Part shown: positions 40,903 to 49,813 of the stretch, piece after piece
How the letters are laid out: each line of letters starts with the position of its first letter
How positions within the stretch are numbered: position 1 is the first letter of the stretch
Source of the DNA: an uncultured Nitrososphaerota archaeon
GTDB lineage: Archaea; Thermoproteota; Nitrososphaeria; Nitrososphaerales; CADDZS01
DNA: 64,000 nucleotides
Direction: 5' to 3'
Assembly (NCBI GenBank): GCA_963799845.1
Contig: CAWCYI010000004.1
Location: 2,048,001-2,112,000 of the forward strand
Translations under genes and position numbers: made by a program
Notes under the pieces: model-generated
The model's input: only the letters and a program-made list of their open reading frames with translations
The model's database searches: none
What the model was told of the DNA's origin: nothing

Positions 40903-42529
40903 TTACTTTCTGACCCGGTACGCCGTAATCGACATGGAAACTACGATGAAAATTATCACGAGGGCCCAGAGCCAGAGGGGAACGCCAAAAAACTCTAGGA
41001 TGGATCCCGAATCGATTCTGACCGTGAAAGGACTCTGCACGTAAGCGTACGTCTGTCCGTTGAATTTCAGGAATTCCGCAGTTCCCTGAATTACGTAGCT
41101 TCCCGTCTTTAATCCAGGAATGTTGATCGTGAAACTGGAAGGCAGATCCGCTTTGCTGTTGGCTGCAATGTTCAGAGGAAAATCGCTCGGCGGGATCGAA
41201 AGAGACGTGCCAGAAGGGGCAGCACTCAAACTAACAGAAAGGAGCTGCGCCTGGTTTCCTGAACCCGTGTTATCTGCAATGAGATTGAAACTTTCGGAAA
41301 AGTTTGTACTGGGCGGTACGTTGAGAACCGCGTCATCGATAAAGGGATACTGCCTCGTGAAAGTCGTAGTGGTGTTAGTCGTCTCGGTAGCAAACGAATT
41401 TGTCGCGGTTATGGTTCCGCTGGAAAGAAAATTGCTCGATGAGTAGTACGTGGTGTAGTCGGTTGGATATGACACGACGCAGCAATCGCCAGCGGCAGAG
41501 GTCGAGCTTGAGCCGTACACGGCGTAGAACATGATTCCAGCATTGCAACTATCGGTTCCATAATGCAGCGATTTATCGCAGAGGCCCGCCAAAGATGGAT
41601 CTGGGGATGCAGTACCATTTCCATAGGTACCTGTGAACAATCCACCCGTCGATCCGCCTGCATAGTCGGTGTCGTACTGGTCAGCCATGAAGCAATACTG
41701 ATTTCCTTCGTGATCGCCCACCCAGTTACAAGTGATGGCGTTTCCCATGCCATTTCCCGCCGAGGCTGCTTGTGAAAGCGTGAATGGATTACCAACGCCG
41801 ATGGTCATTCCAACGGCACTGGGACACGTAGCCGTGTAAGGCTCGCAAGCGTTGTTGTCGAATAGCGGACCGAAATTAATTCCGAAAGAAACGTCCCACA
41901 TGAAGCTATTCAGCTGGCAGTGTAACGTTGGATCCTTCTGCGGTGTAGCCATTTGAGACAAAATTAGAATAGGAGAAAACGGTTTCATTGCACGGCTGCA
42001 AAGCGCAACCCGTGAATCCGCTGAAAACATCTCCCATCAATTCGCCCGCGACCAGCGCGTCATTAGGCGAACAGTAGAGATAGGGATTGGTACTTACAAA
42101 AGTGATTACATCAGTTCCAGAGGCATTGGGAACAAAGGCATACTCGTTATTCTGGATCAGACCACACTCAGTACCAACGTTAGTGCTGCCTAAAACCTCG
42201 GCATTGCCACAAAAGTAGCCGCCGCACCAGCCAAGCTGGTTCGGTCCGCCAGAAATCCAATTTCCGTCAGAGTCGGAGAGATTCCAGGGGTTAAAGTGCT
42301 GGTATCCACCGACCGCGATCAAAAGAAGATCGCCTGCCTTAACAGAACAGTCCATCGTCGTCGAGACTGTTGGAACGTTGTCGGAAACATTCGCTTCGAT
42401 TGCATAGCAGTTGCTTGCAAAGGTCAGCCCAGAGAACGCACTTGTAGAATGAAGTACGGGTCTGCCGACAGCGGGCAACGCGCTGATCGCAGCCAGCACA
42501 AAGATTAGACCAATAAGCATTGGTTTCAT
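40903..42529 (-). CDS. Secreted Cys/Gly-rich protein with C-terminal TM anchor (frameshift near 41950-42030)
   Basis: Signal peptide in 41906-42529 and TM plus RK tail in 40903-42030; A/T element upstream. Confidence 0.65.
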
Positions 42530-42552
42530 AAAAGGAAAAGCGAATTTCAGAT

Positions 42553-42828
42553 CTAGTGCTTGCGATTTACTGGCGGGCGCGTCCTCGTTGCCAGATAGAA
42601 TTTCGTCGTCTTGGGTTTTGGTTTTGTGGCTTTCTTTGGAGCTGATCTGGGAAGGACTTTACCTAACTGTTTTTCAGCGTTCTTAGCTCCCGTGTCCAAA
42701 GTCTTGAGGGCGTTTTCCGCACCCTTCTGGATCGCCTTTCCAGCTGTACTACCAACGGCCTTCCCGCTGCTGGCCGCCGCCTCTGCAACTACTTCCGCAC
42801 CGCGCACTATTGCCGACATTAGCTTCAC
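42553..42828 (-). CDS. Ala/Lys-rich protein with C-terminal tag-like end (TKFYLATRTRPPVNRKH)
   Basis: Composition; FYLA motif. Confidence 0.65.
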   Translation of the reverse strand: MKLMSAIVRGAEVVAEAAASSGKAVGSTAGKAIQKGAENALKTLDTGAKNAEKQLGKVLPRSAPKKATKPKPKTTKFYLATRTRPPVNRKH

Positions 42829-42839
42829 TGATCAAAAGT

Positions 42840-43247
42840 TTATTTCAGAATGTCCTTTGCGTACATCCATCCAGCCAGGACTACGAAAAACACGAAAAGT
42901 ATTCCAGTTACCCACAACTGTGGAGAGGCTAGGTCGCCCTGACCATTCAGCTCGTATGTGTCGAAGGCAAACTCGATCAGGAGATTGAACACTACCCAAC
43001 CAAAGAACGCTTTCAGAAAGTACATCCGACCCTTTCCAATCGTCAGATAGAGTAGCCCGATGCCTAACGCACCCAAAAGTGCAGACAACAAGAGAAAGCT
43101 GATCTCAATCATTAGACCAACCCAGCTCCCAGGAACGCGCAGCGCGAGATAGCCCGTTGGCGCGAAAAAGAGGACCAGCAGCGCGGTAATGAAAACGAGG
43201 CCGCCAGCGATCCGGTACACTGTCTTGTTTGCGACCTTTCGAGGCAC
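42840..43247 (-). CDS. 4-TM membrane protein
   Basis: Hydrophobic; GGAAAAATTTGGTTTTTCTTAC-GTG upstream. Confidence 0.75.
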   Translation of the reverse strand: MPRKVANKTVYRIAGGLVFITALLVLFFAPTGYLALRVPGSWVGLMIEISFLLLSALLGALGIGLLYLTIGKGRMYFLKAFFGWVVFNLLIEFAFDTYELNGQGDLASPQLWVTGILFVFFVVLAGWMYAKDILK

Positions 43248-43380
43248 GTAAGAAAAACCAAATTTTTCCAGCGAGTAGATAAATTCCTATGAAAACCGAC
43301 CAGATCAGCTCGTCGTAAAATAGAATTTCCTGAACTGCGGACGTGCAGGCCGCCTAAGTGGATATTGGTGTCGTGCCAAT

Positions 43381-44421
43381 TTACTTTCTCATCATTTCCC
43401 GTCCAGCTTCCCTAGCCTGAAAACGAGCAAGATTGTCCACAGCCTTTCTAATATCATAGTCGCCCTGTAACTCTGCGTCGCGGGTCATCTTCAAGAGATC
43501 TTCATCGGAAGCTTTGATCTTTTCGGCCTGCGCGATTTCTTTCAGTCTGGTCGCCATGTCCTTCTCCGTGGGCGATTTGAATTCAAACATACGCATACGG
43601 CTCTGTACACCACGGAGAGAAAGGTCGTTGGGATCCAGCCACTCGCTAGGCGGCTCGTTGGACGTGAAAATCGTGATAGTATTGTTTCCGTGCTTTTCGA
43701 GATCCTGACGGAACCGCAGGATAGATTCTCTGCTCGATCTGTCAGCTTCGTCCACCACCAAGACACGCTTCACGTTCTCTGACGGCGGAAGATAGCTCAT
43801 AAAATTGTCCACAATGCCGCCTCGGTCCATATCCTCGACCTTCATTGGGCGATCCAGAAACAATACTGGATCGAAAACACCCTGAACCTGTTTGCCTTCT
43901 TTGTCGAACACGCCGTTGGCGATCATATAGTCCCGCGAGAAGGCTTTCGCCTCGGAAGTTTTCCCAACGCCTGGCGGACCGAAGAATATCATCGCGTAAG
44001 GGATTTCTCCGAGGGTGATCGCCCCAATTAATTCTTCCGCGATTTCTCTGTTACCGACCGAATCCGAGACGTGGAAGGGCCGGTACTTTTCCGCGAGAGG
44101 TGCGCGATCTCCGACACCAGGATAGGTCGTTGCAGCTCGGGGGGCTTCAATCTTGTTCAGTACTGTCTCACGTTCTGCAACTGTAACTTTGGAAATCCGC
44201 TTGACCCGTCGAGGCGGTGGGGCCTCGAATTTCTTCTGGGTAAATTTCTGCTTGGTCTTGCGAGGCTGTGATTTCCTTTTCTCGACAACTTTTTCCACCA
44301 CTTTCTCTCGGGGTTTAGGAAGCTCCCGTTTGGGCGGAGCTGGCGTCGCTTTCTGCTGTGGTTTTGGTCTGGCTTTTCCGCGCGCAGATCCACCCGAGGC
44401 AAGAAAGTAGTGGTGCGCCAT
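43381..44421 (-). CDS. RFC small-subunit-like clamp-loader AAA+ ATPase with tag (MAHHYFLAS)
   Basis: 'PLAEKYRP', Walker A 'GPPGVGKT', Walker B 'VVDEAD', 'IFTSN', 'QSRM', 'DIRKAV'. Start re-assigned to ATG 44421. Confidence 0.85.
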   Translation of the reverse strand: MAHHYFLASGGSARGKARPKPQQKATPAPPKRELPKPREKVVEKVVEKRKSQPRKTKQKFTQKKFEAPPPRRVKRISKVTVAERETVLNKIEAPRAATTYPGVGDRAPLAEKYRPFHVSDSVGNREIAEELIGAITLGEIPYAMIFFGPPGVGKTSEAKAFSRDYMIANGVFDKEGKQVQGVFDPVLFLDRPMKVEDMDRGGIVDNFMSYLPPSENVKRVLVVDEADRSSRESILRFRQDLEKHGNNTITIFTSNEPPSEWLDPNDLSLRGVQSRMRMFEFKSPTEKDMATRLKEIAQAEKIKASDEDLLKMTRDAELQGDYDIRKAVDNLARFQAREAGREMMRK

Positions 44422-44427
44422 TGAGAG

Positions 44428-44441
44428 AAAAACTGCTTTTT
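44428..44441. promoter_or_regulatory. Bidirectional AAAAA-CTGC-TTTTT element
   Basis: Centre of the 36-bp gap between the divergent RFC-like and ligase genes. Confidence 0.65.
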
Positions 44442-44457
44442 CAGTTGCAGTTCCCTC

Positions 44458-45810
44458 TTGGCTAAGAAACCGACCGTTGCTCATCACAATCCAAATCGGC
44501 AGCCTGCCTCGGGGAGAAACTATGGCCCTATGCCAAAGAAATTCGGATCGGAGAGGACAGACAAAAGACCCGAGCCACCTGTAACTGAAATGGACCTCTA
44601 TAAGTCCAGCATACCACATGAAGAACCGCAGACCGCAAAAGGCTACGCGAGGGTTTCGATCAGCAAGCCATCTTCGGAAGCCACTGGGCCCAAGATACTC
44701 ACACAAGAACAGGTGCAGCACAAGAAAATCGACGGCCACATTGACAATCGTACCGTGATCGCCAATTATGCGAGGACTACCGAGTTCCGACCCGAGTTTT
44801 TCAAGAAGTATCAGGGAGAGGGCGAATTCTTTGTCGAGATCAAGAAGGACGGCGAGAGGAATTTCCTGCAAGTGGACGATGAAATTGTCCTAGCAAACAA
44901 GCACAAGTCCGTCTACATTACGCCTGACTCGAAATTAACAGGAAACGATTTCCCGCCAAACACTGATGTTTTTAGATCTATACCGCTGGAACTGGCTAAA
45001 CAAATTAGGGCGGCAATAGGCAAACACAAAGTCATTCTCGATATAGAATACGTAACCTCTGAGGACGATGTGTATGACTTCCTTTCCGAAAGAGTGAACC
45101 CCAACTCGGAAAGGATGCAGGTTTCTGCCTTCGATATTATCTCCATTGACGGGAAGGACGTGCGAAATCTCAGCTACTCGGAACGCAGCAAGTTGCTGGA
45201 AAAGACCCTGAAAGACACGGAGAGGGTTCAGGTCGATAAGAAGATCATTGCACACTCGGCAGAGGAAGCGATGGCCGCTGGTGATCGGATGATCGATTTA
45301 GGCTACGAGGGCGCGGTAATCAAGCCTGGTTCCCACATCTACGACAATTCCGAGTGGATGTTAAAGTGGAAGGCGATCAGGGAAATTGATAGCCCGGTAC
45401 TCGCGATTGAAAAGACTAAGGAATGGGTGAACAATGAGATTCCCAAGTCCTTCATGTTAGGGCTGTATGATAAGGACGCGCAGGGCTTCAAGCTCATCGG
45501 CCAGGCTGGCACGGGCCTCTCTGACAAGCGACGGAAGGAATTGGTCAGCGAGATCAAAGCGAATACCATCCCGCCAGATGAAGCTCGAAAGATCTATGGA
45601 CCGTCCTATGACCCCAATTTCATCTACGTCTATCCAACGATTGTTTTCAAGATCCGGTACACGAAATTAACTCCTGGACGGATCGACAACAAGACGGGAA
45701 ACCGCAGACCGCCGAAACTTAGGGAACCTCGTATCGAAGATATTCGCGCTGATAAATCGCCAGAGGAATGTAGCTACTCGCAGATCGATGTGAAGAAAGC
45801 GAAACTCTGA
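44458..45810 (+). CDS. lig: ATP-dependent DNA ligase with N-terminal tag-like extension
   Basis: Motif I 'KKDGER', III 'LDIEY', IIIa 'FDII', IV 'EGAVIK', V 'MLKWK', VI 'LREPRIEDIRADK'. Confidence 0.9.
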   Translation: MAKKPTVAHHNPNRQPASGRNYGPMPKKFGSERTDKRPEPPVTEMDLYKSSIPHEEPQTAKGYARVSISKPSSEATGPKILTQEQVQHKKIDGHIDNRTVIANYARTTEFRPEFFKKYQGEGEFFVEIKKDGERNFLQVDDEIVLANKHKSVYITPDSKLTGNDFPPNTDVFRSIPLELAKQIRAAIGKHKVILDIEYVTSEDDVYDFLSERVNPNSERMQVSAFDIISIDGKDVRNLSYSERSKLLEKTLKDTERVQVDKKIIAHSAEEAMAAGDRMIDLGYEGAVIKPGSHIYDNSEWMLKWKAIREIDSPVLAIEKTKEWVNNEIPKSFMLGLYDKDAQGFKLIGQAGTGLSDKRRKELVSEIKANTIPPDEARKIYGPSYDPNFIYVYPTIVFKIRYTKLTPGRIDNKTGNRRPPKLREPRIEDIRADKSPEECSYSQIDVKKAKL

Positions 45811-45854
45811 TGCCTAATCCCAATCCGCGTAAGAAAAGCTAGTTTTTCTGATAG

Positions 45855-46286
45855 TTGCCGTCTCACCATTTCCCGAGCCGTCATCCTCGCTTTCTGCCAA
45901 AATCTGAGCAGTACGTCTTGGTCAAGAAAGGCGAACAGGAGAGAAAGGTTCGCGCCTTTTCCCCAGGACACGGCCACGAATGGGAGAAGCGCGAGATCAG
46001 TCGGCAACGCGCCCTGAGAGGAAACAAGTGTGAAGTACCGGGATGCAACAGCAGACGGAACCTAGACTTTTCCCACATCAAACACACTCCGATCCTCGAC
46101 AAACCGTGGGTCAAAGAGAACAGGTTCAATCCCTCTGCCAATCGTGGAATGAAAAATCGAGTGCTGGACATTCGCAAATATCCTGACCGCTACAAGTTGA
46201 TGGACAGGTCGCACAACAGACTTTTCGACAACTGGCGAAAGCAGAACCCTGGAAAGACGTGGGATGACTGGATCAAGACGCTCTAG
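45855..46286 (+). CDS. HNH-like endonuclease-domain protein with tag (MPSHHFPSR)
   Basis: 'CEVPGC...NLDFSH...KLMDRSHNRLFD'. Confidence 0.55.
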   Translation: MPSHHFPSRHPRFLPKSEQYVLVKKGEQERKVRAFSPGHGHEWEKREISRQRALRGNKCEVPGCNSRRNLDFSHIKHTPILDKPWVKENRFNPSANRGMKNRVLDIRKYPDRYKLMDRSHNRLFDNWRKQNPGKTWDDWIKTL

Positions 46287-46321
46287 GCCGTCCTACAAAA
46301 TTTTCTTTTTCCTTTGGACTC

Positions 46322-46840
46322 TTGAGCTATCGCCACTATCCGAACCGTCAGCCGAGGCAAAAGATCACTAGGGAACATACTCATCCCGCGATCTACGTTC
46401 AGGACAAATGTTGCGACGGCTGCGGACGCTCTTTCAAAGGTATGACTCTAGGCGAGGTCAGAGAACACAAAGGCCAGCACCGCGCCCGCCAGTCGCTCGG
46501 TGGGAGAGAGCCTGATGTGATACAAATTCACAACGAGGTTACAGGTTTCCACAACGGCCAGATGGACGGCCATTACAGGGTCGCCGTGAACGGGATCGTC
46601 AGGGGCTACCTGGACTATTCGGAATATCCTCATCCCAACGGGGATCCTTACATAAACATGATCGAGGTTACGCCGCGCTTTCAGCATCAGGGTCTTGCTA
46701 GGAAAATGGTGGAAGAGCTGGCGAAGGAATTCGGCGGGTACCAGAAGATTCGTTGGGGCATGTTGACCGATGACGGCCTGAAATTCAAAGAACAGTTGGA
46801 CAGAGAGTTCGAGGCGAAGTCTCAAAGATATGAGAGTTAG
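46322..46840 (+). CDS. GNAT acetyltransferase with Zn finger and tag (MSYRHYPNRQP)
   Basis: 'IEVTPRFQHQGLARKMV', 'LTDDG', 'CDGC...H...H'. Confidence 0.75.
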   Translation: MSYRHYPNRQPRQKITREHTHPAIYVQDKCCDGCGRSFKGMTLGEVREHKGQHRARQSLGGREPDVIQIHNEVTGFHNGQMDGHYRVAVNGIVRGYLDYSEYPHPNGDPYINMIEVTPRFQHQGLARKMVEELAKEFGGYQKIRWGMLTDDGLKFKEQLDREFEAKSQRYES

Positions 46841-46977
46841 AATGGCCGCCCTAGTGATCATCGCGGCGATTGCGGTCCTCGCCGCGTTCAGCATGATTTC
46901 AGATCCTTACACGGATTTCCACTTTGCGCTCATGTGCTTGCTCGGAAGTTAAATACGAAAGCGCAATTCGGTCAGAC

Positions 46978-47511
46978 GTGCCTAGCAAGAATCAGCTGAT
47001 CTTTCTTGGAGTCCTGATCCTTCTACTCTCGCTAATTTCAGTATCAATTTACATCGGCAGCAGCAACAGCACGTCTCAGGATACCGCGATAATCGTCAGA
47101 ACTAGCACAACATCGACGAATTCTCTCGGTTACAACATCGTGGCCGGATGGGCCCAGGTCGGAACTGAAAACATCAACGTCATCCCTGCTTTCGGCGTGG
47201 GAAGAACCAATCTAAGCTCCGTACTGATCGTATTCTTTTTCGGGCCAAACGTGATGGACACGAATCCGAGTGGAGTTTCCCAAGCTCTCTATCAATGCAA
47301 CCCATCAGGGAGCTGCGACCAAATTCCGCTGACAGTTTCCCAGTACAACTCAACGTCCTATCAGCTTCTCACTGCAACACCCGTGAACGTGAACGACACT
47401 CTGCTCGTCTATCGCCTCTCCATCTTCGGCTACGGTCAGATCTCGCCCGCAGCAAGTTACACTGTTGGAATGATCAGCTGGAACGCCACCAATACGGGCA
47501 GCCAAGTTTAG
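46978..47511 (+). CDS. Membrane-anchored protein
   Basis: TM helix; ectodomain similar to the next gene ('INVI', 'QALYQC', 'YNST'). Confidence 0.7.
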   Translation: MPSKNQLIFLGVLILLLSLISVSIYIGSSNSTSQDTAIIVRTSTTSTNSLGYNIVAGWAQVGTENINVIPAFGVGRTNLSSVLIVFFFGPNVMDTNPSGVSQALYQCNPSGSCDQIPLTVSQYNSTSYQLLTATPVNVNDTLLVYRLSIFGYGQISPAASYTVGMISWNATNTGSQV

Positions 47512-47522
47512 CTTTTACTTGT

Positions 47523-48053
47523 ATGGGCAAAAGTTTCGAGAAGAAAGGGAAGGCACTTCTTTTCTCAGTCATCGCCGTCTGTGTGGTGATCCTGATCACG
47601 GTTTTTGCGATCTTTGGGGCTGCCTTCGTCTATCATCGTGCGACCACTACAACATATCACGGGAGTAACCCCTTCGAGTACTACACCTTCACCGCCTTCT
47701 GGACCAAGTCAGGTTCGGGTAGAATCAACGTGATAGGTCCGACGAGCTCCATCGCCAGTACGGATGGCAACGCATCAATCGATCTCGTGTACTATTTCCA
47801 GACCGCCGCTTTTCCGATCAATTACTACGGAGCTCAGGCTAATCTTTTCCAGTGTCCTAGTCAGAACGGCACGGTCGGCTGCGAAGGGGTCCAGGCCACC
47901 GTTACCAAATACAACACGACAACGCTGGTAATCCAAAGTCATGCCGTTCAACTGAGCCATTCGCCTCAATGGTTCGATCTGAATATCTACAACTATGCTG
48001 ATGGACTGAACGCGAGTGCAGTAGCATCAATCAATGTCGCGGTTTCCGAGTAA
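47523..48053 (+). CDS. Membrane-anchored protein, paralog of 46978-47511
   Basis: TM helix; 'RINVI', 'QANLFQC', 'YNTT'. Confidence 0.7.
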   Translation: MGKSFEKKGKALLFSVIAVCVVILITVFAIFGAAFVYHRATTTTYHGSNPFEYYTFTAFWTKSGSGRINVIGPTSSIASTDGNASIDLVYYFQTAAFPINYYGAQANLFQCPSQNGTVGCEGVQATVTKYNTTTLVIQSHAVQLSHSPQWFDLNIYNYADGLNASAVASINVAVSE

Positions 48054-48056
48054 TAG

Positions 48057-48239
48057 CCTCACCACTATCCGCATCGTGGTCGCGCGCGCGCTACGTGTGA
48101 TGGCTGCCAAAGCTGCTGGACAGAAAGAGATGTACGCGTGGGTCTTTTACAAGCGCATGCTGACAATTCTTCGATCTTCAACAGCAACAGCGACCACGGG
48201 CATACGTCCGTGTATGAATTGGATTTTTACAATAGATGA
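48057..48239 (+). CDS. Hidden tagged ORF (M)PHHYPHRGRARATCDGCQSC...
   Basis: Start looks like TAATG broken by one extra base (TAATAG); stop overlaps the next start as ATGA. Confidence 0.5.
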   Translation, partial: PHHYPHRGRARATCDGCQSCWTERDVRVGLLQAHADNSSIFNSNSDHGHTSVYELDFYNR

Positions 48240-48685
48240 CGAAGCACTATCCCGAGAGATCGCCACGCAAGAGACTCAAGAAAAATATTCCTCTGAAAGA
48301 GGGTCGAGTGGACCGAGGCACGGATCTGGGAGTTATCAACGCCAGGGATGAACTGTCAGGGGAGAACGTCTCAATTCCGTGGCGCGTTAGAGATGAGCAG
48401 CACATACGACCGCTAGAATCTCTTACACCTCTGGAACAGACACGTTATCTAGCATTGCCGATTGAAAGGTTCTCCGTGGACGCACCGCAGAGAACTCTCT
48501 TTGAATCCGTGCAAAATCCCGAGAACTGGAAATATCCGACGAGGCCCGCGAAGGTCGCGAGCTTGCCCGAGGCTGAGGCCCTTTCGAGAGCCATTTCATA
48601 TTTCGCTGGCGGATCGGAAATAACCGATCTTAGTAGTGGGTACGTCGTGAGCTCGAAGGGATACTATCACTACGTTGGAAGTTAG
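48236..48685 (+). CDS. Hypothetical protein with HY tag (MTKHYPERSPRK)
   Basis: Tag; AATTGGATTTTT upstream. Confidence 0.75.
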   Translation: MTKHYPERSPRKRLKKNIPLKEGRVDRGTDLGVINARDELSGENVSIPWRVRDEQHIRPLESLTPLEQTRYLALPIERFSVDAPQRTLFESVQNPENWKYPTRPAKVASLPEAEALSRAISYFAGGSEITDLSSGYVVSSKGYYHYVGS

Positions 48686-49136
48686 GAAGTTAGGAAGTTT
48701 GCGTAACTCAGAAGCAGAGAAAGCGTGGCTCGCCTGCGCGATTGATTCGGAAGGACTGATCTACTTCCGATTAACCCGAAAGGGAAAGGTCGTCATCAAT
48801 CTGAAAGTTTCAAACACGGTTAGAGAATTCAGCCGAATGGCTCAGATAATAGCGGAAACGGGTTACTTAGTCTTGAACGAGCAAAAAAACATGAGTCACA
48901 AAACGGGGAAGAAATATAGGACAGTCTTTATTTGGCTCGTTGAGAACCAAAAAGATATTCTTGAAATCCTTCAAGCGATAGAACCTTATCTGATCGTTAA
49001 GAAGGAGAAAGCTAGGGCAGTTATTAATCACATTCTAATACGCCGAGAATTTTCCCCACAGCTTTTGCCAAGCACCGATATTTTCAATCTCTGTCTCGCG
49101 GCGTTAAAAGTTCCTCATGGAAAGAAAGGATCTTGA
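48675..49136 (+). CDS. Single-motif LAGLIDADG homing endonuclease
   Basis: 'AWLACAIDSEGLI', 'VSNT', 'IEPYLIVKKEKA'. Confidence 0.85.
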   Translation: MEVRKLGSLRNSEAEKAWLACAIDSEGLIYFRLTRKGKVVINLKVSNTVREFSRMAQIIAETGYLVLNEQKNMSHKTGKKYRTVFIWLVENQKDILEILQAIEPYLIVKKEKARAVINHILIRREFSPQLLPSTDIFNLCLAALKVPHGKKGS

Positions 49137-49168
49137 TCGGGGCGCACTACTACGTCGGGGCATAGTAA

Positions 49169-49759
49169 ATGACAAACCATTATCCTCGGAGAAAGCCGCG
49201 CAGAAAGAAGGCTGGACTCGGACCGACGCCCGGATCAGATTCTCAGAAAAAAGCTACTGAGGATTTGATCCGAGAATTTTCAAACCTGACCGCAGAACAG
49301 AAAGAACTGATTCGCAAGATGGGATTCACCGCAGCTAATCTCGGTGAGCGAAATGAGGAAATACGTTCAGCAGCCGAGGAAACCATTCTGAAACTGCGTG
49401 AGGAAATGGCAGCCCAGATCACCAGGTCTGATCTTAGTTGGGGCAGTAAATCGAGTGTCTGGGATGCTTTCGACAGCCCAGAAGCTCAGCAGCTCAGGCC
49501 GCAGATCAACAGGATTGTCCTCGACATTTTGGATCGCGCCCTCAACTCGATGGAACTATGGATCGACAACACTGATTGGAACAAGTACGGAATCTCTGAA
49601 TTGCGAAAGGGGATGCAGTTGGAGATCGAGAATAGCGAAGATCTTCTCAAAAGTAATCTGCAACTAGAACCCGTGGTGCAGCAGAAATCGGATATGTCGC
49701 CCAAAGCCCAAGAATTCCTGAATGAGTTTGAAAATACTCGGGTCAATCCAGAGACTTGA
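49169..49759 (+). CDS. Helical protein with HY tag (MTNHYPRRKPRRKK)
   Basis: Tag present. Confidence 0.8.
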   Translation: MTNHYPRRKPRRKKAGLGPTPGSDSQKKATEDLIREFSNLTAEQKELIRKMGFTAANLGERNEEIRSAAEETILKLREEMAAQITRSDLSWGSKSSVWDAFDSPEAQQLRPQINRIVLDILDRALNSMELWIDNTDWNKYGISELRKGMQLEIENSEDLLKSNLQLEPVVQQKSDMSPKAQEFLNEFENTRVNPET

Positions 49760-49813
49760 TGGCCGCGATTCCCGAGGCAAAAAGAAAACAGCGCGCGCGC
49801 TTAATATCATGAT

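Noticed and set aside
44422-44871. N-terminal 150 aa of the 496-aa ORF 43381-44871
   Set aside because: It is antisense to the ligase gene; the likely start is ATG 44421 (MAHHYFL) behind the A/T element.
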